Source: Candidatus Latescibacterota bacterium (GTDB lineage: Bacteria; Latescibacterota; UBA2968; UBA8231). From it: a stretch of 64,000 bases of DNA. Positions 9,014 to 19,500 of this stretch are shown here, in pieces. The notes beneath the pieces were generated by a model. The model was not told the DNA's origin and made no database searches. It saw only the letters and a program-made list of their open reading frames with translations. A program made the position numbers and the translations under genes. How positions within the stretch are numbered: position 1 is the first letter of the stretch; each line of letters starts with the position of its first letter. The stretch is taken from the NCBI GenBank assembly GCA_965243025.1, contig CBDETY010000003.1, positions 2,848,001 to 2,912,000 on the forward strand, in the 5' to 3' direction.

Positions 9014-9167
9014 GTCCCGCAGAGATAGATTGACAGAATCGGGATGCGGAGGCGCCCGGCTCACAGGGCGCCCCAGCGAGTCGTACCGAGGGTGTACGGC
9101 GAGCGTAGACAATGTCGTGAACCGGGATCGAGGGGAAATGCACCGGATGAGGATTTCATTGAACCGC
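9014..9167. repeat. Partial copy 3 of the MITE-like element
   Basis: gtcccgcagagatagattgacagaatcgggatgcggaggcgcccggctcacagggcgccccagcgagtcgtaccgagggtgtacgg closely matches the reverse complement of 6330-6415. It is a direct repeat of copy 2. Confidence 0.85.
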
Positions 9168-9276
9168 AAACCGCCTCGCGGCGTGCTTCGTCTCCGGGGA
9201 GATCGCTCTCCCCAAAGGCAATCCGCGAACATCGAGATCGGGGAGGTCCTTTTTGTCCCCGGTCAATACATAAGGT

Positions 9277-10329
9277 CTAAATCCAGCCGTGCTCGATGGT
9301 GGTGGGGGAGCCCGAGGTCTGGTGGCTCCACCCCGGGCCGCTGTCGAGCAGGACGTCCCGGCCGGTGATCGCCGACTTCTCCGCGGCGAACAGGATCTCC
9401 ATGATGTGGCGGCCGTACTCGCCGTGCGCCGGGGGCTCGATGTCTCTCTCTATCGCCTCGGCGAAGCTCTTCCACTCGTGGTGCATTTCGTGCGGGGCGT
9501 CCTCGAACGGCACCTCCTCCCACCGGTCGCCGCGGCCGACCCGGACGTACTTGCCGTCCCCGCCGTGCTGGTTGAAGCGCAGGGTTCCGTTGGCGCAGAT
9601 CACCTGGCACTCGAAGTTCGGCGCCCCGTCGGCGAAGCCCACGGCGACGGCGACCCCGCCGAGGCCGTTCTTGTAGCGGATGAAGGCGGTGGCCGCATCG
9701 TCGGCCGCCTGGTAGTGGGCGCGCGTGCCGATCGCCGCCGACACCGAGACCGCCTGCGAGGCCATTACCCAGGTGAGGCGGTCGACGACGTGGACGCCGT
9801 TGGTCAGCCACATGCCGCCGCCGTGGAAGCGGCTGCGGTACTGGGGCCGGCGGGTGCGGCCGCTCCAGTTCTTCGACATGTAGCTCACCGCGGTGACGAC
9901 CGGCCCCAGTTCCCCGGAGTCGAGGATCTCCTTCGCCTTGACGCTGGTGGGGTAGAAGTGCTGCGACAGGCCCACCATCAGCTTGACCCCGTTGGCCCGC
10001 GCCGCTTCGACCATGTCGTCGCACTGCTGCAGGGAGATGGCCATCGGTTTCTCGACCAGCACGTGCTTGCCGGCGTTGCAGGCGTCGACGGTCAGCCGGT
10101 GGTGGAGCTGGTGGCCGAGGACCACCGCCACGGCGTCAACCTCGCCGTGCTCGAGCAGCTCGGTATGCGAGGAGTAGCCTCGCGGGATTCCGTACTTCTC
10201 CATGTACTCGACCCGCTTCTCCTCGAAGAGGTCGGCGACGGCGACGACCTCGACGCCGTCGAGGCCGGAGATGGCGTCGCAGTGCGAGGTGGCGATGCCG
10301 CCCAGTCCGATGATCCCTACCCGTACCAT
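9277..10329 (-). CDS. Gfo/Idh/MocA family oxidoreductase
   Basis: VGIIGLGGIA Rossmann motif, GKHVLVEKPMA, GGMWLTNGVH. Confidence 0.93.
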   Translation of the reverse strand: MVRVGIIGLGGIATSHCDAISGLDGVEVVAVADLFEEKRVEYMEKYGIPRGYSSHTELLEHGEVDAVAVVLGHQLHHRLTVDACNAGKHVLVEKPMAISLQQCDDMVEAARANGVKLMVGLSQHFYPTSVKAKEILDSGELGPVVTAVSYMSKNWSGRTRRPQYRSRFHGGGMWLTNGVHVVDRLTWVMASQAVSVSAAIGTRAHYQAADDAATAFIRYKNGLGGVAVAVGFADGAPNFECQVICANGTLRFNQHGGDGKYVRVGRGDRWEEVPFEDAPHEMHHEWKSFAEAIERDIEPPAHGEYGRHIMEILFAAEKSAITGRDVLLDSGPGWSHQTSGSPTTIEHGWI

Positions 10330-10366
10330 GGCTCCGATTGCTCCCTGTGTGTTGGCGCCGGGACCC

Positions 10367-11692
10367 TTACCCGACTTCGGCCAGCGCCCTGCCGAAGGCC
10401 TCGATGAAACCGTCGATGTCGGCGGCCTGCGCCGGCAGCGAGACGGCGTTCATGCCGATGTTGTGGCTGAGGAAGTACCCCTGGTTCAACAGCGACAGGA
10501 ACACCGGGGCGTTCAGCTCCTTGTCGATGCGGGCCAGGCTGCGGTAGCAGCGCGGCTGCTCCGCGGTGAAGTATATGCTGAACACCGATCCGTCGCGCAG
10601 GGCCACGCCGGGGATGCCGGCGCGCTCCAGTTCCTTCCCGACCCCGGCGCAAAGCCTTTCGGTCAATCCGTTCACGTGGGCGAAAGCCTCCGGGGTCAGC
10701 TGCTCGAGGGTCGCCCTGCCGGCGGCCATCACCAGGGCGTGGCCGCTGTGGGTGCCGCTCTGGAAGACCCGCGCCGGCCCTTCGGAGTTGTCGGTCAGGT
10801 CCATGATGTCGCGCCGGCCCCCGAACGCCCCGACCGGGAAGCCGCCGCCGACGATCTTGCCGTACGTGCTTAGGTCGGGCCGGATCCCGAACTGCTCCTG
10901 GATGCCGCCGGTGCCGACGCGGAAACCGACGATCTCGTCGCACAGGAGGATGAGACCGTGTTTTCTCGCGGTCGCCTCGACGGCGCGGATGAACTCCGGC
11001 CGCTGCGGCATGACCCCCGCCTTCGGGTCGAGCATGATGCAGGCCAGCTCGCCGGCGTGGGCGGCGACGATCCGCTCCACGGCTTCCTCGTCGTCGTAGG
11101 GGAGGATCACCACTGCCTCGGCGGCGGCAGGGGCCATGCCCCCGGCCCCGGGCACTGCCACCGGGGCATCGGCGGGCCCGGCTTCGTCAAGGGGAGGGGC
11201 TACGCTGATCTCGACGCCGTCGTGGTTGCCGTGGTACCCGCCTTCGAACTTGGCGATCTTCGGCCTGCCGCTGAACTCCCGGGCGAGGCGCACCGCGTGC
11301 AGGGTCGCCTCGGTTCCGGAGTTGCAGAAGCGGACGCGGTCCAGGGAGGCGACGCGGCGGCACATCTCCTCGGCCATCTCGACCTCGTTCCCCATGCTCG
11401 CCCCGAGAGCTATCCCCCGATTCATCTGGCTTGCGATCGCCGCCACGACCGCGGGGTGGTTGTGCCCGAGCACCTGCGCGGTGTGGTGATTGGCGAGATC
11501 GAGGTAGCGGTGGCCGTCGACGTCCCACAGGTACTGGCCCTCGCCACGCTCCAGGGACAGGGGAAACGGCGGGTAGAAATAGGCCCCCTTCACACCGCCG
11601 GGCATTACCTTGCGGCCGCGCTCGAACAACTCTCGCGAACGCGGGTGGGCGGCCTTGTAGCGTTCGGAAACGGATTCGAATTTGGGGTTCAA
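10367..11692 (-). CDS. Class III PLP aminotransferase, glutamate-1-semialdehyde aminomutase-like
   Basis: WDVDGHRYLD, RFCNSGTEAT, KFEGGYHG, CDEIVGFR, STYGKIVGGGFPVGAFGG (PLP Lys), SGTHSG. Probably a catabolic paralogue rather than true HemL. Confidence 0.9.
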   Translation of the reverse strand: MNPKFESVSERYKAAHPRSRELFERGRKVMPGGVKGAYFYPPFPLSLERGEGQYLWDVDGHRYLDLANHHTAQVLGHNHPAVVAAIASQMNRGIALGASMGNEVEMAEEMCRRVASLDRVRFCNSGTEATLHAVRLAREFSGRPKIAKFEGGYHGNHDGVEISVAPPLDEAGPADAPVAVPGAGGMAPAAAEAVVILPYDDEEAVERIVAAHAGELACIMLDPKAGVMPQRPEFIRAVEATARKHGLILLCDEIVGFRVGTGGIQEQFGIRPDLSTYGKIVGGGFPVGAFGGRRDIMDLTDNSEGPARVFQSGTHSGHALVMAAGRATLEQLTPEAFAHVNGLTERLCAGVGKELERAGIPGVALRDGSVFSIYFTAEQPRCYRSLARIDKELNAPVFLSLLNQGYFLSHNIGMNAVSLPAQAADIDGFIEAFGRALAEVG

Positions 11693-12342
11693 GGGTCCTC
11701 TTTCTTCTTCTGTTTGGAAGCTGGCCGCGGGCGGATGTCCGGGGCCCCGGCTGCGATTCCCGGCAAGTCTATGGGATTCGCGCCGAGACTGTCAATTTGG
11801 ATTGCTGCCCGCCTCGATTCACCATTCGGTGAGCGCCTGGGCGATCCGCGAAGTCGAGGTGATCTTCTCACTTACTTCGCGGAACTTACTTCGCGGACTG
11901 GAGGTGAAGCTGATCGGACGCGGCGTAGGGTTCGCGCGAAATTTCCAGGGAAGTAAGAGGCAAGCCGTCCCGGGTGTCCCATGCTTTCCAATCACAAACC
12001 TCATCCAAATGAAAGGATGAAAAAATGAAAGATCTTCTCATGCTCTCTGGCCCCCTGGGCTACCACCGGGGAGCGTATCTTGAGCGCAATCGAGCAGGCG
12101 GGTGAGCTTCTCACGAGCCGGACCGGTTTCGTGGGGAGTTCATCATGAACGAGAGCGGCTCGTATTGCCAATGCTACTGACTTCGGGGAGTCCCGATTAG
12201 CGTCAAAGTCGACAGCATGGTCGTAACTGACCTCGGCCATTCTCCGATCATGCAGTACTTCTGGAGTGTGGCCGAGGTTCTTTTTCATTCCTTCTTGTCC
12301 CGCTGCTTCAACACAGGGTTACAGATCAAAGGTGGAGTTCAA

Positions 12343-13251
12343 ATGCAATTCCTTTCGTTCCGAAACGCTTTTTTTATCCTGCTCCCGACGATTGCTCTCG
12401 ATGCCCAGTGGTCGGACCGCGTCTATCCGATCAGGGAGCTGACCGACGAGATGCGGGCGCACATCGACATCAGGGACGGTTCGGTTGACGACTGGTCGGA
12501 GGTACTCGGCGAACCTGCCTTGACGGCACTGGATTTCGCCACTCACCCATCCTATCCGGAGTACGACCCGTCGTCCTTCGACTTTCGCGTCTGGCTTGCC
12601 TGGCACGATGCAGGCAACCACCTGTTCGTGGCCGCCGAGATCGTGGACGATATCTACGTAGGAATGTGGCCGGATAATCCTCCTGATTGGGCTCCCGCCG
12701 ATCGTCCTCCATTTTGGCAGCCTGCCGAAGGAACCGTTCAATTGTTGGTCGACGGCGACAGGAGTGGTGGGACGGTAGTCGAAACCGGAATGGAACAGGC
12801 GCAAGCGTATTGGGCGGTTGCCGAAAACCATGAAAACGGCAGCAACGTCTTTCTGAGTTTGGTGGGTCTCGATTATCCCTGGGTGCAACAGGTACCGTAC
12901 GCCGATGGCAGCGGGAGCGTACTGGACAGTCAGCCCGTCTTCTACGCGGTCGAGTTTTACGTCACCCCGTTTGACAGGTTGATTCCGGACTCCCCGGAGA
13001 ACAGCCTGGTATCCGACCTTTACGCCGGCAAAACGATAGGTTTTTCCATGGGGATTTCGGACTCTGACACGGACCCGTTAGAGGATGACCGTTATCACGC
13101 CTTGTCCGGACCTGACGACTCATGGGGAGAGGGAATTTTAGTGTCTGACCTGTGGGCGCACGGGATCCTTCTGGGTGCCGACGGCGGTACGGAGGGCACC
13201 GCGGCCGAATGGGTCACCTGGGGCCGCATCAAGGCCAGCCTGTCGGAGTAG
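12343..13251 (+). CDS. Secreted acidic protein, CBM9/DOMON-like sugar-binding fold, with C-terminal TWGRIKA motif
   Basis: ATG 12343 after GGAG. Hydrophobic N-terminus; DGSVDDW, VWLAWHDAGNHLFVAAEIVDD, VEFYVTPF and GKTIGF resemble CBM9-type domains; ends VTWGRIKASLSE. Confidence 0.7.
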   Translation: MQFLSFRNAFFILLPTIALDAQWSDRVYPIRELTDEMRAHIDIRDGSVDDWSEVLGEPALTALDFATHPSYPEYDPSSFDFRVWLAWHDAGNHLFVAAEIVDDIYVGMWPDNPPDWAPADRPPFWQPAEGTVQLLVDGDRSGGTVVETGMEQAQAYWAVAENHENGSNVFLSLVGLDYPWVQQVPYADGSGSVLDSQPVFYAVEFYVTPFDRLIPDSPENSLVSDLYAGKTIGFSMGISDSDTDPLEDDRYHALSGPDDSWGEGILVSDLWAHGILLGADGGTEGTAAEWVTWGRIKASLSE

Positions 13252-13744
13252 AGTTCCGGCCTCAACTCACCGCGGGATCTCTGAATCCACACCTCGCCGG
13301 TCAGCCTCAACGGACCCGGAACCTTCGTCCGCCACCTCGACCGCGAAGGCTCTTTCTGCACCCGCAAAAGCTCGTAGCAGGCGATCGGCCGTCGCGGCCA
13401 CCCGGCCACCGGGGTGCCCTGCCTGGTTGCGCGCGCACCGGCCCCTGAGCGACGGTCCGCTTCGGCGGTAACCAACCCAGCGTCGATAAACTATCTTTGG
13501 TTCTCCCCCAAGCTTGCGGTGGACTCACAGTCCGAGACGGTCCCTGGGGCGGTCGGACCCCGGAATGCCGGGGAAATCGACGCCCCTTCCATTCCCGCCG
13601 GAGTTCGAGGCGGTGTGCCACAGGGAGGATTCCTGTCATGCGAGCCCCGGAAATCCGAATTGGCATTGACTTCCCGCTGACAGCGGTTGGCTGGAGGCCA
13701 GGCTGTTGATGAGCCGCTGCATCCCTTCACCGAGCTGATTGGAA

Positions 13745-15310
13745 ATGCGGGTCCTTATCAGACCTGGAGGAAGGCTTTATCCGGCATTCATTGCCTTTCT
13801 CGTCTCCGCCTGCTCTCTCGCACCGGGCCGGAACCCTCCGGTTCTCGATTCAATTGAAAAACTCCCCGGCGAGTTTGCGGGAAGTGAAATCGACGGTTCC
13901 CACCAACCTGGTTCCCACCAACCTCTTGAGTGGTGGAAGGCTTTCGCCGACCCGGTCCTCGACCGGATAATCGAGGAGGTGCTCGCCTCGAACTTCGACC
14001 TCGCCGGAGCGGTCGCCCGGGTCGACCAGGCCAGGGCGCGGGAACGGATAGCGAGGGCGCCGGTGTTTCCGCTGCTCCAGCCTTCGGTCGGCGTCACCGA
14101 CTTCGACACACCGGCCAATGCGGGTATCGGCGCGCAACTGGACGAGGTTGGCCTGGGCCCGGACGCCCTGAGCGCATCCGGAATCGACATCCCCGACAGG
14201 CTCGGCCTGACCACCTGGCACATCGGCACCGAATTCGCCTACGAGCTCGATTTCTGGGGCCGCAACCGCAACGACGGGCGCGCCGCCGGAGCCGAGCGGC
14301 TGGCCTCCGAGTCCGACTACCTCGCTGCCCGCATGGGTGTGCTCGCCGAAACCGTGCGCACCTACCTGGAGATCGTCAACCTGCGCAGCCAGCGGAGGCT
14401 GGCAGGCGAAATCGTGGAAATCCTGCAGCACCGCGAGTCGCTGGCCGGGTCCCGTTACGGCCGCGGGCTGACCGATCTGACCCCCCTCCGCACGGCGCGG
14501 CGGAACCTGCGCAACGCGCAGGCCGAGCTGCCGCAGATCGAAGCTGTGCTGGCGGATGCGGAGGGGCGGCTCCGGGTGCTCCTGGGAGGTTTCCGCGCGG
14601 AACTTGCAGACCTGATGCCGGAATCCATGAAGCCTTCCCCAACCCTCGAACCGGTTCCCGCGGGGATTCCGGCCGATCTCCTTGTGCAGCGGCCCGACGT
14701 CAGCGCCGCCAGGCAGCGGGTCGAAGCGGCGCGCTACTCGGTCGGCGCCCGCCGCGCCGAGCTGCTGCCGAGGCTGTCCCTGTCCGGCTCCATCGGGCTG
14801 CAGAGCACGGAGTCGGGTGAGTTGTTCAACCCCGACCAATGGTTCCGCAATCTCAGCCTGAACCTGCTCGGCCCCGTGTTTCAGGGGGCGCGGCTGCGCG
14901 GCAATGTCGCCCTCGCGGAGGCCCGGCTGAACGAAGCCGCCGCGGCTTACGGGCGTTCGGTGGTGACCGCGGTAAGCGAGGTCGAAGCCGCCCTTGCGGG
15001 TCTGGAAGCGAGCCGCCGGCGCCACTCGCTGCTCGCATCCCTGGCGGAAGAGGCCCGGGCCGAATCGGCCTTGCAGGAGCAGCGGTACCTCTCCGGCGTG
15101 GGGGGCTACGAGGCTTTCCTGACCGCGGCCCACACCCTCCTAGGCGCACAGTCCGCACTGACGGCCGCGGAGCGCGACCTGGGTTATGCCCGTCTTGCCC
15201 TGCACCGCGCGCTCGGAGGTTCGTGGACCGCTGACGAAGGGGAAACCGTCCGCCAGAGCGAAGCAGCCCCGGCCGCCCCGCCCCGTTCTCTTCCGACCTC
15301 CACGGAGTAA
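13745..15310 (+). CDS. Outer-membrane efflux lipoprotein, NodT/OprM/TolC family
   Basis: Lipobox LVSAC, WWKAFADPVLDRII, YELDFWGR, PADLLVQRPDV, LHRALGGSW. Confidence 0.95.
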   Translation: MRVLIRPGGRLYPAFIAFLVSACSLAPGRNPPVLDSIEKLPGEFAGSEIDGSHQPGSHQPLEWWKAFADPVLDRIIEEVLASNFDLAGAVARVDQARARERIARAPVFPLLQPSVGVTDFDTPANAGIGAQLDEVGLGPDALSASGIDIPDRLGLTTWHIGTEFAYELDFWGRNRNDGRAAGAERLASESDYLAARMGVLAETVRTYLEIVNLRSQRRLAGEIVEILQHRESLAGSRYGRGLTDLTPLRTARRNLRNAQAELPQIEAVLADAEGRLRVLLGGFRAELADLMPESMKPSPTLEPVPAGIPADLLVQRPDVSAARQRVEAARYSVGARRAELLPRLSLSGSIGLQSTESGELFNPDQWFRNLSLNLLGPVFQGARLRGNVALAEARLNEAAAAYGRSVVTAVSEVEAALAGLEASRRRHSLLASLAEEARAESALQEQRYLSGVGGYEAFLTAAHTLLGAQSALTAAERDLGYARLALHRALGGSWTADEGETVRQSEAAPAAPPRSLPTSTE

Positions 15311-15316
15311 ACCCCC

Positions 15317-16528
15317 ATGTCCCGCATACGCAGCTTGATCGTTGCCGCCGCCATAATCGCGGTCTCCGTCGGCCTGGCGGCCTTTCTCGTTTCGCTGGCG
15401 CCGGAGCCGGCCCGCACCGAGCCGCCGCCGCCGGTCCCGTTCGCGCAGACCGGGCTGGTCAAGGCCGGGACCGGTCCCATACCGGTATTCGGAGCCGGTA
15501 CGGTGAGGCCGAGCGCGGAGATCGCAATCACTCCGCAAGTCGGCGGCAAGGTCGTCTGGGTGCATCCGGGATTCCGCAGCGGGGGACGGGTCGGGAAGGG
15601 CCAGGCGATCTTCCGCATCGAGGAAGCGGAATACCAGTACCGGGTGCGGGAGGCAAAGGCCAATCTCGCCGCCCGGCGGGTGGCCCTGCTTCAGGAAGAG
15701 GAACAGGCCGCCATCGCCCGCGGCCAGTACGAGCTTTACTCCGGCAGCCGGGGAGATACGGCATCGGCCGCGGCAAATCCCCTGACTCTGAGAGAACCCC
15801 AGCTCGAAGCCGCCCGCGCCGCCATGGACCGCGACGAAGCCCGCCTTGCCGAGGCGAACCTCGCCCTGTCGCGAACCCGGGTGACGGCCCCCTTCGACGG
15901 CTTCGTGCGCGAGGAGTCCGTTGACGCGGGGCAGGTCGTGAGCCCCGGCCAGCCGGTCGGGCGGCTTTTCTCCGCCGATGCCGTGGAAGTGGTCGTGTCC
16001 CTGTCCGACGCCGACGCCGCCCTGATCCCGGGGCTGTGGCAACTCGAGGCAGGCGACGGGAACCGAAAGGTGGCCGCCCGGGTGGTCGCCCGCTACGGCG
16101 GGGAGAGCTTTTCCTGGGAAGGTTTCGTCGATCGGGGCGAGGCGTCCCTCGACGAACAGACGCGCACCATCGACGTGATCGTGCGTGTGCCGGACCCGTT
16201 TTCCGCGAGCGTTCCGGCTGGCGGGGCAGGCGTCCCCGGGGGCAACCCGCCGTTGCTGGTGGGTGAGTTCGTCGAGGTGGAAATCCAGGGCCTCGAGCTC
16301 GATGGCTACTTCGAGGTGCCGCGGGCTGCCCTGCGCGCCGGCGACGAGGTCTGGATGGTCGACGAGGGCGGAGTCGTGAGCATCGTTCCGGTACGGGTGC
16401 TGCAGCGGGCGGACGACCGGGTATTCGCGACCGGCAGCCTCGGAAGCGGCGGGGCGGTGATCACCGGCGGGATCCAGTTCGCCACCCAAGGCATGCTCGT
16501 CAGGACCGGGGCGGACCCCTCGCCATGA
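15317..16528 (+). CDS. RND efflux periplasmic adaptor (MFP) subunit
   Basis: N-terminal TM anchor; lipoyl-like halves ITPQVGGKV and RTRVTAPFDG around a coiled coil; between the OMF and RND genes. Confidence 0.93.
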   Translation: MSRIRSLIVAAAIIAVSVGLAAFLVSLAPEPARTEPPPPVPFAQTGLVKAGTGPIPVFGAGTVRPSAEIAITPQVGGKVVWVHPGFRSGGRVGKGQAIFRIEEAEYQYRVREAKANLAARRVALLQEEEQAAIARGQYELYSGSRGDTASAAANPLTLREPQLEAARAAMDRDEARLAEANLALSRTRVTAPFDGFVREESVDAGQVVSPGQPVGRLFSADAVEVVVSLSDADAALIPGLWQLEAGDGNRKVAARVVARYGGESFSWEGFVDRGEASLDEQTRTIDVIVRVPDPFSASVPAGGAGVPGGNPPLLVGEFVEVEIQGLELDGYFEVPRAALRAGDEVWMVDEGGVVSIVPVRVLQRADDRVFATGSLGSGGAVITGGIQFATQGMLVRTGADPSP

Positions 16529-19500
16529 GTCCCAACGACGATTTCCACGGGGAACGGCCCGGACCGCTCGCCTACATGGCGGGCAACGGCGTCGCCGCCA
16601 ACCTGCTGATGTGGGCAATCATCGCCGCGGGACTGGTGTCGCTCACCGCCATCGAGCGCGAAGCCTGGCCGACCCAGTCCTTCTACCATATCGAAGTCTC
16701 CATGGCCTATCCCGGCGCCACGCCGGAGGAGATCGAGGAGTCGATCGTCGTAAAGATCGAGGACCAGGTCAGCGGGCTGGATGACGTGAAGGCGGTCAAG
16801 TCCGTAGCGGCCCCGGGCATGGCCTCGGTGCGGGTCCAGATGGATTACGACACCGACATGGCCCGGGCCCTGGACGATATCGAGTCTGCGGTCAGTCGCA
16901 TACCGTCCTTCCCGGCCGGCGCCGAACGTCCGCGGTTCCGGGAGATGGACAACCGCATGAGCATTATGCGGCTCATCGTCCACGGCGACGTCTCCGAGCG
17001 CTCGCTGAAGGAACTGGCGTACCAGATCGAGGACGACCTCACCACGCTCCCCTCCGTCTCCCAGGTGGAAGTCAGCGGGGTCCGGAGCTACGAGATCTCC
17101 ATCGAGGTTCCCCTTCACCGCCTGCGGGCCCTCGGACTCACGCTCACCGACATCGCCGGCACCATTCGCCGCAGTTCCCTGGACCTGTCGGCCGGCAGCA
17201 TCGATACCCGGGAATCCCAGGTCCGGGTGCGCACCCTCGGCCAGAACTACGACCAGCAGGACTTCGAGGAGATCGTCCTTCTCAGCGGCCGTGACGGCAC
17301 GGTCGTGCGCCTCGGCGATATCGCCGAGGTCCGCGACGGTTTCCAGGAAGCCGACCTGATCGTGCGGCACCAGAACCATCCCGCGGTCTTCGTCGAGGTC
17401 TACCGGGCCGGCGGCGAGCACGTGATGGACGTGGCCACCACCGTCCGCGAGCACCTGGCGAACGAGGTGATCCCGGCCCTGCCGGACGGCGTCGGCATCA
17501 CCATGTGGAACGACGAATCCCAGGTCTATGAGGAACGCGCCGATCTTCTCCTCAAGAACGGGATCCTGGGCATGTTGCTGGTGCTGATCGCGCTCAGCCT
17601 GTTTCTCGAAATCCGGCTCGCGCTCTGGGTCGCCGTGGGCCTCGCCGTTTCGGGTATCGGCGCCCTCGCCGTCATGATGGCATTCGACGTGGCGATCAAT
17701 ACCATCAGCCTGTTCTCCTTCGTCCTCGCCATAGGGATCGTCGTCGACGACGCCATCGTCGTGGCCGAGCACATTCGATACGAACGCCAGCGGGGAACAC
17801 CCGGGGTCACGGCCGCGATCCGCGGGGTACGGCGGATAAAGGTGCCGTTGACGTTCGCAGTCCTCACGTCGGTGGTGGCCTTCGTCCCGCTGCTGTTCAT
17901 CCCCGGCGGCATCGGCGACGTGTGGCGGGCCCTGCCGATCATCATGATCGCCATGCTGCTGGTTTCCCTGGTCGAATCGCTGCTGGTGCTGCCCAACCAC
18001 CTGTCCCACCTGCACGGCCCGGAGTGGGTGCCGGCCAATGCCTTCGACCGGTTCTTCGCGGGGCTGCAGGGGCGCGTGGACGCGCTGCTGAACAGGTTCG
18101 TGCAAGGGCCCCTGGACCGGGCCCTGAGGTTCGCCACGGCCCAGCCCGGAGTGACGATGGCGGGGGCCGTGGGAATGCTCGTGCTGAGCATCTCCCTTTT
18201 GCCCGCCGGGATCGTTCCTACCACGCTGGCCGCTGACGTGGAGGGGGATATCGCGACGGTCGTCCTGGAGATGCCCGACGGGGCGACCGCTCCGAGGACG
18301 TACGAGGTGGCGCAGGAACTGGAGGCCGCGGGCAACCGGGTCATCGAACGACTCTCGCGCGGCCGGCCCGGGGACGCGTCGCCGCTGCTGACCGGCGTGA
18401 CGGTGACCGTCGGGCTGGGCTCGAGACTCGAGGGCGGGCTCAATCCGGAGCCCACCCTCAACCCGCAAGCCAATATCGCCACCATCGAGTTCAAGCTCCT
18501 GGGCGCCCAACAGAGAGAGATCTCCACCGGAGAGGTCGTGCAGGCATGGCGGGAGGAGGTGGGTGTGCTGCCGTACGTGCGCGGCATCACCTTCAGCAGC
18601 GAGGTCTTCGACCTGGGCAACCCTGTCGAGGCGGTGCTTTCGCATCCGCATCCGGAACTTCTCGCCGAGATCGCGGACTCGGTGGTCGAAGGCCTCCGAA
18701 GTGTGGATGGCGTCTACGACATACGTTCGGACCACACCCCGGGAATCCCGGAAGTTCAGCTCGAGCTGCTTCCGGAAGCGCGCACACTCGGTCTCACGCT
18801 CGAAGAGCTGGCCGGGCAAACGCGCGCCGCCTTCTTCGGCGCCGAGGCGGTCCGGGTGCAGCGGGGCCGCGAAGAGGTCCGGGTCTACGTGCGCCTGCCC
18901 GAAGACGAGCGGAATTCGATCACCGACGTCGAAAGCTACCTGGTCCGCACGCCGGGCGGGGCCGAGGTCCCGGTCATGAGTGTGGCCTCCCTGAACCCGG
19001 GGGTGTCGCCGCCGGCCGTTCGACGGAAGGACGGCCAGCGCGTCGTCACGGTCACTGCGGACGTCGATGCTTCCGTGATTTCAGGCGACGAAGCCAACGA
19101 CATCCTGGCCAATTCCATCCTCGCGGACCTGACCGCCCTGCACCCGGACCTGACATTCAGTTTCGGCGGGGAACAGCAACAGCAGCTCGAATCCCTGGAC
19201 GCGCTGTACCGCGGGTTCGCGGTCGCCCTGATCATGATCTTCGCCCTCCTCGCCATCCCCCTCCGATCCTATACCAAGCCGTTCATAATCATGGCCGTGA
19301 TCCCCTTCGGATTCATCGGAGTGATCCTGGGTCACTGGATCCTCGGAGTAGCCCTGAGCGCCGTATCCTTCATGGGGATCTTCGGCCTGAGCGGGGTGGT
19401 GGTGAACGATTCCCTGGTCATGCTCGATTTCATCGATCAGAAACTCGGGGAAGGCGTCCCGGCAAGGACTGCGGTCGTGGAGGGAGCCAAGGGGCGCTTT

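Noticed and set aside
6253-9167. Repeats considered as a CRISPR array
   Set aside because: The copies are over 100 bp, irregularly spaced and in mixed orientation, with no cas genes.
10367-11692. Assignment as hemL
   Set aside because: The family is clear, but the context is catabolic with no tetrapyrrole genes and some motifs deviate, so no symbol is given.
12001-12288. 95-aa minus-strand ORF whose middle (YDHAVDFDANRDSPKSVALAIRAAL) recalls a nucleotide-kinase C-terminus
   Set aside because: There is no P-loop or other support. It may be a gene remnant but is too weak to call.
13895-13924. Exact 15-bp tandem duplication (GSHQP x2) in the OMF gene
   Set aside because: In-frame slippage in a flexible N-terminal linker; no functional implication is evident.
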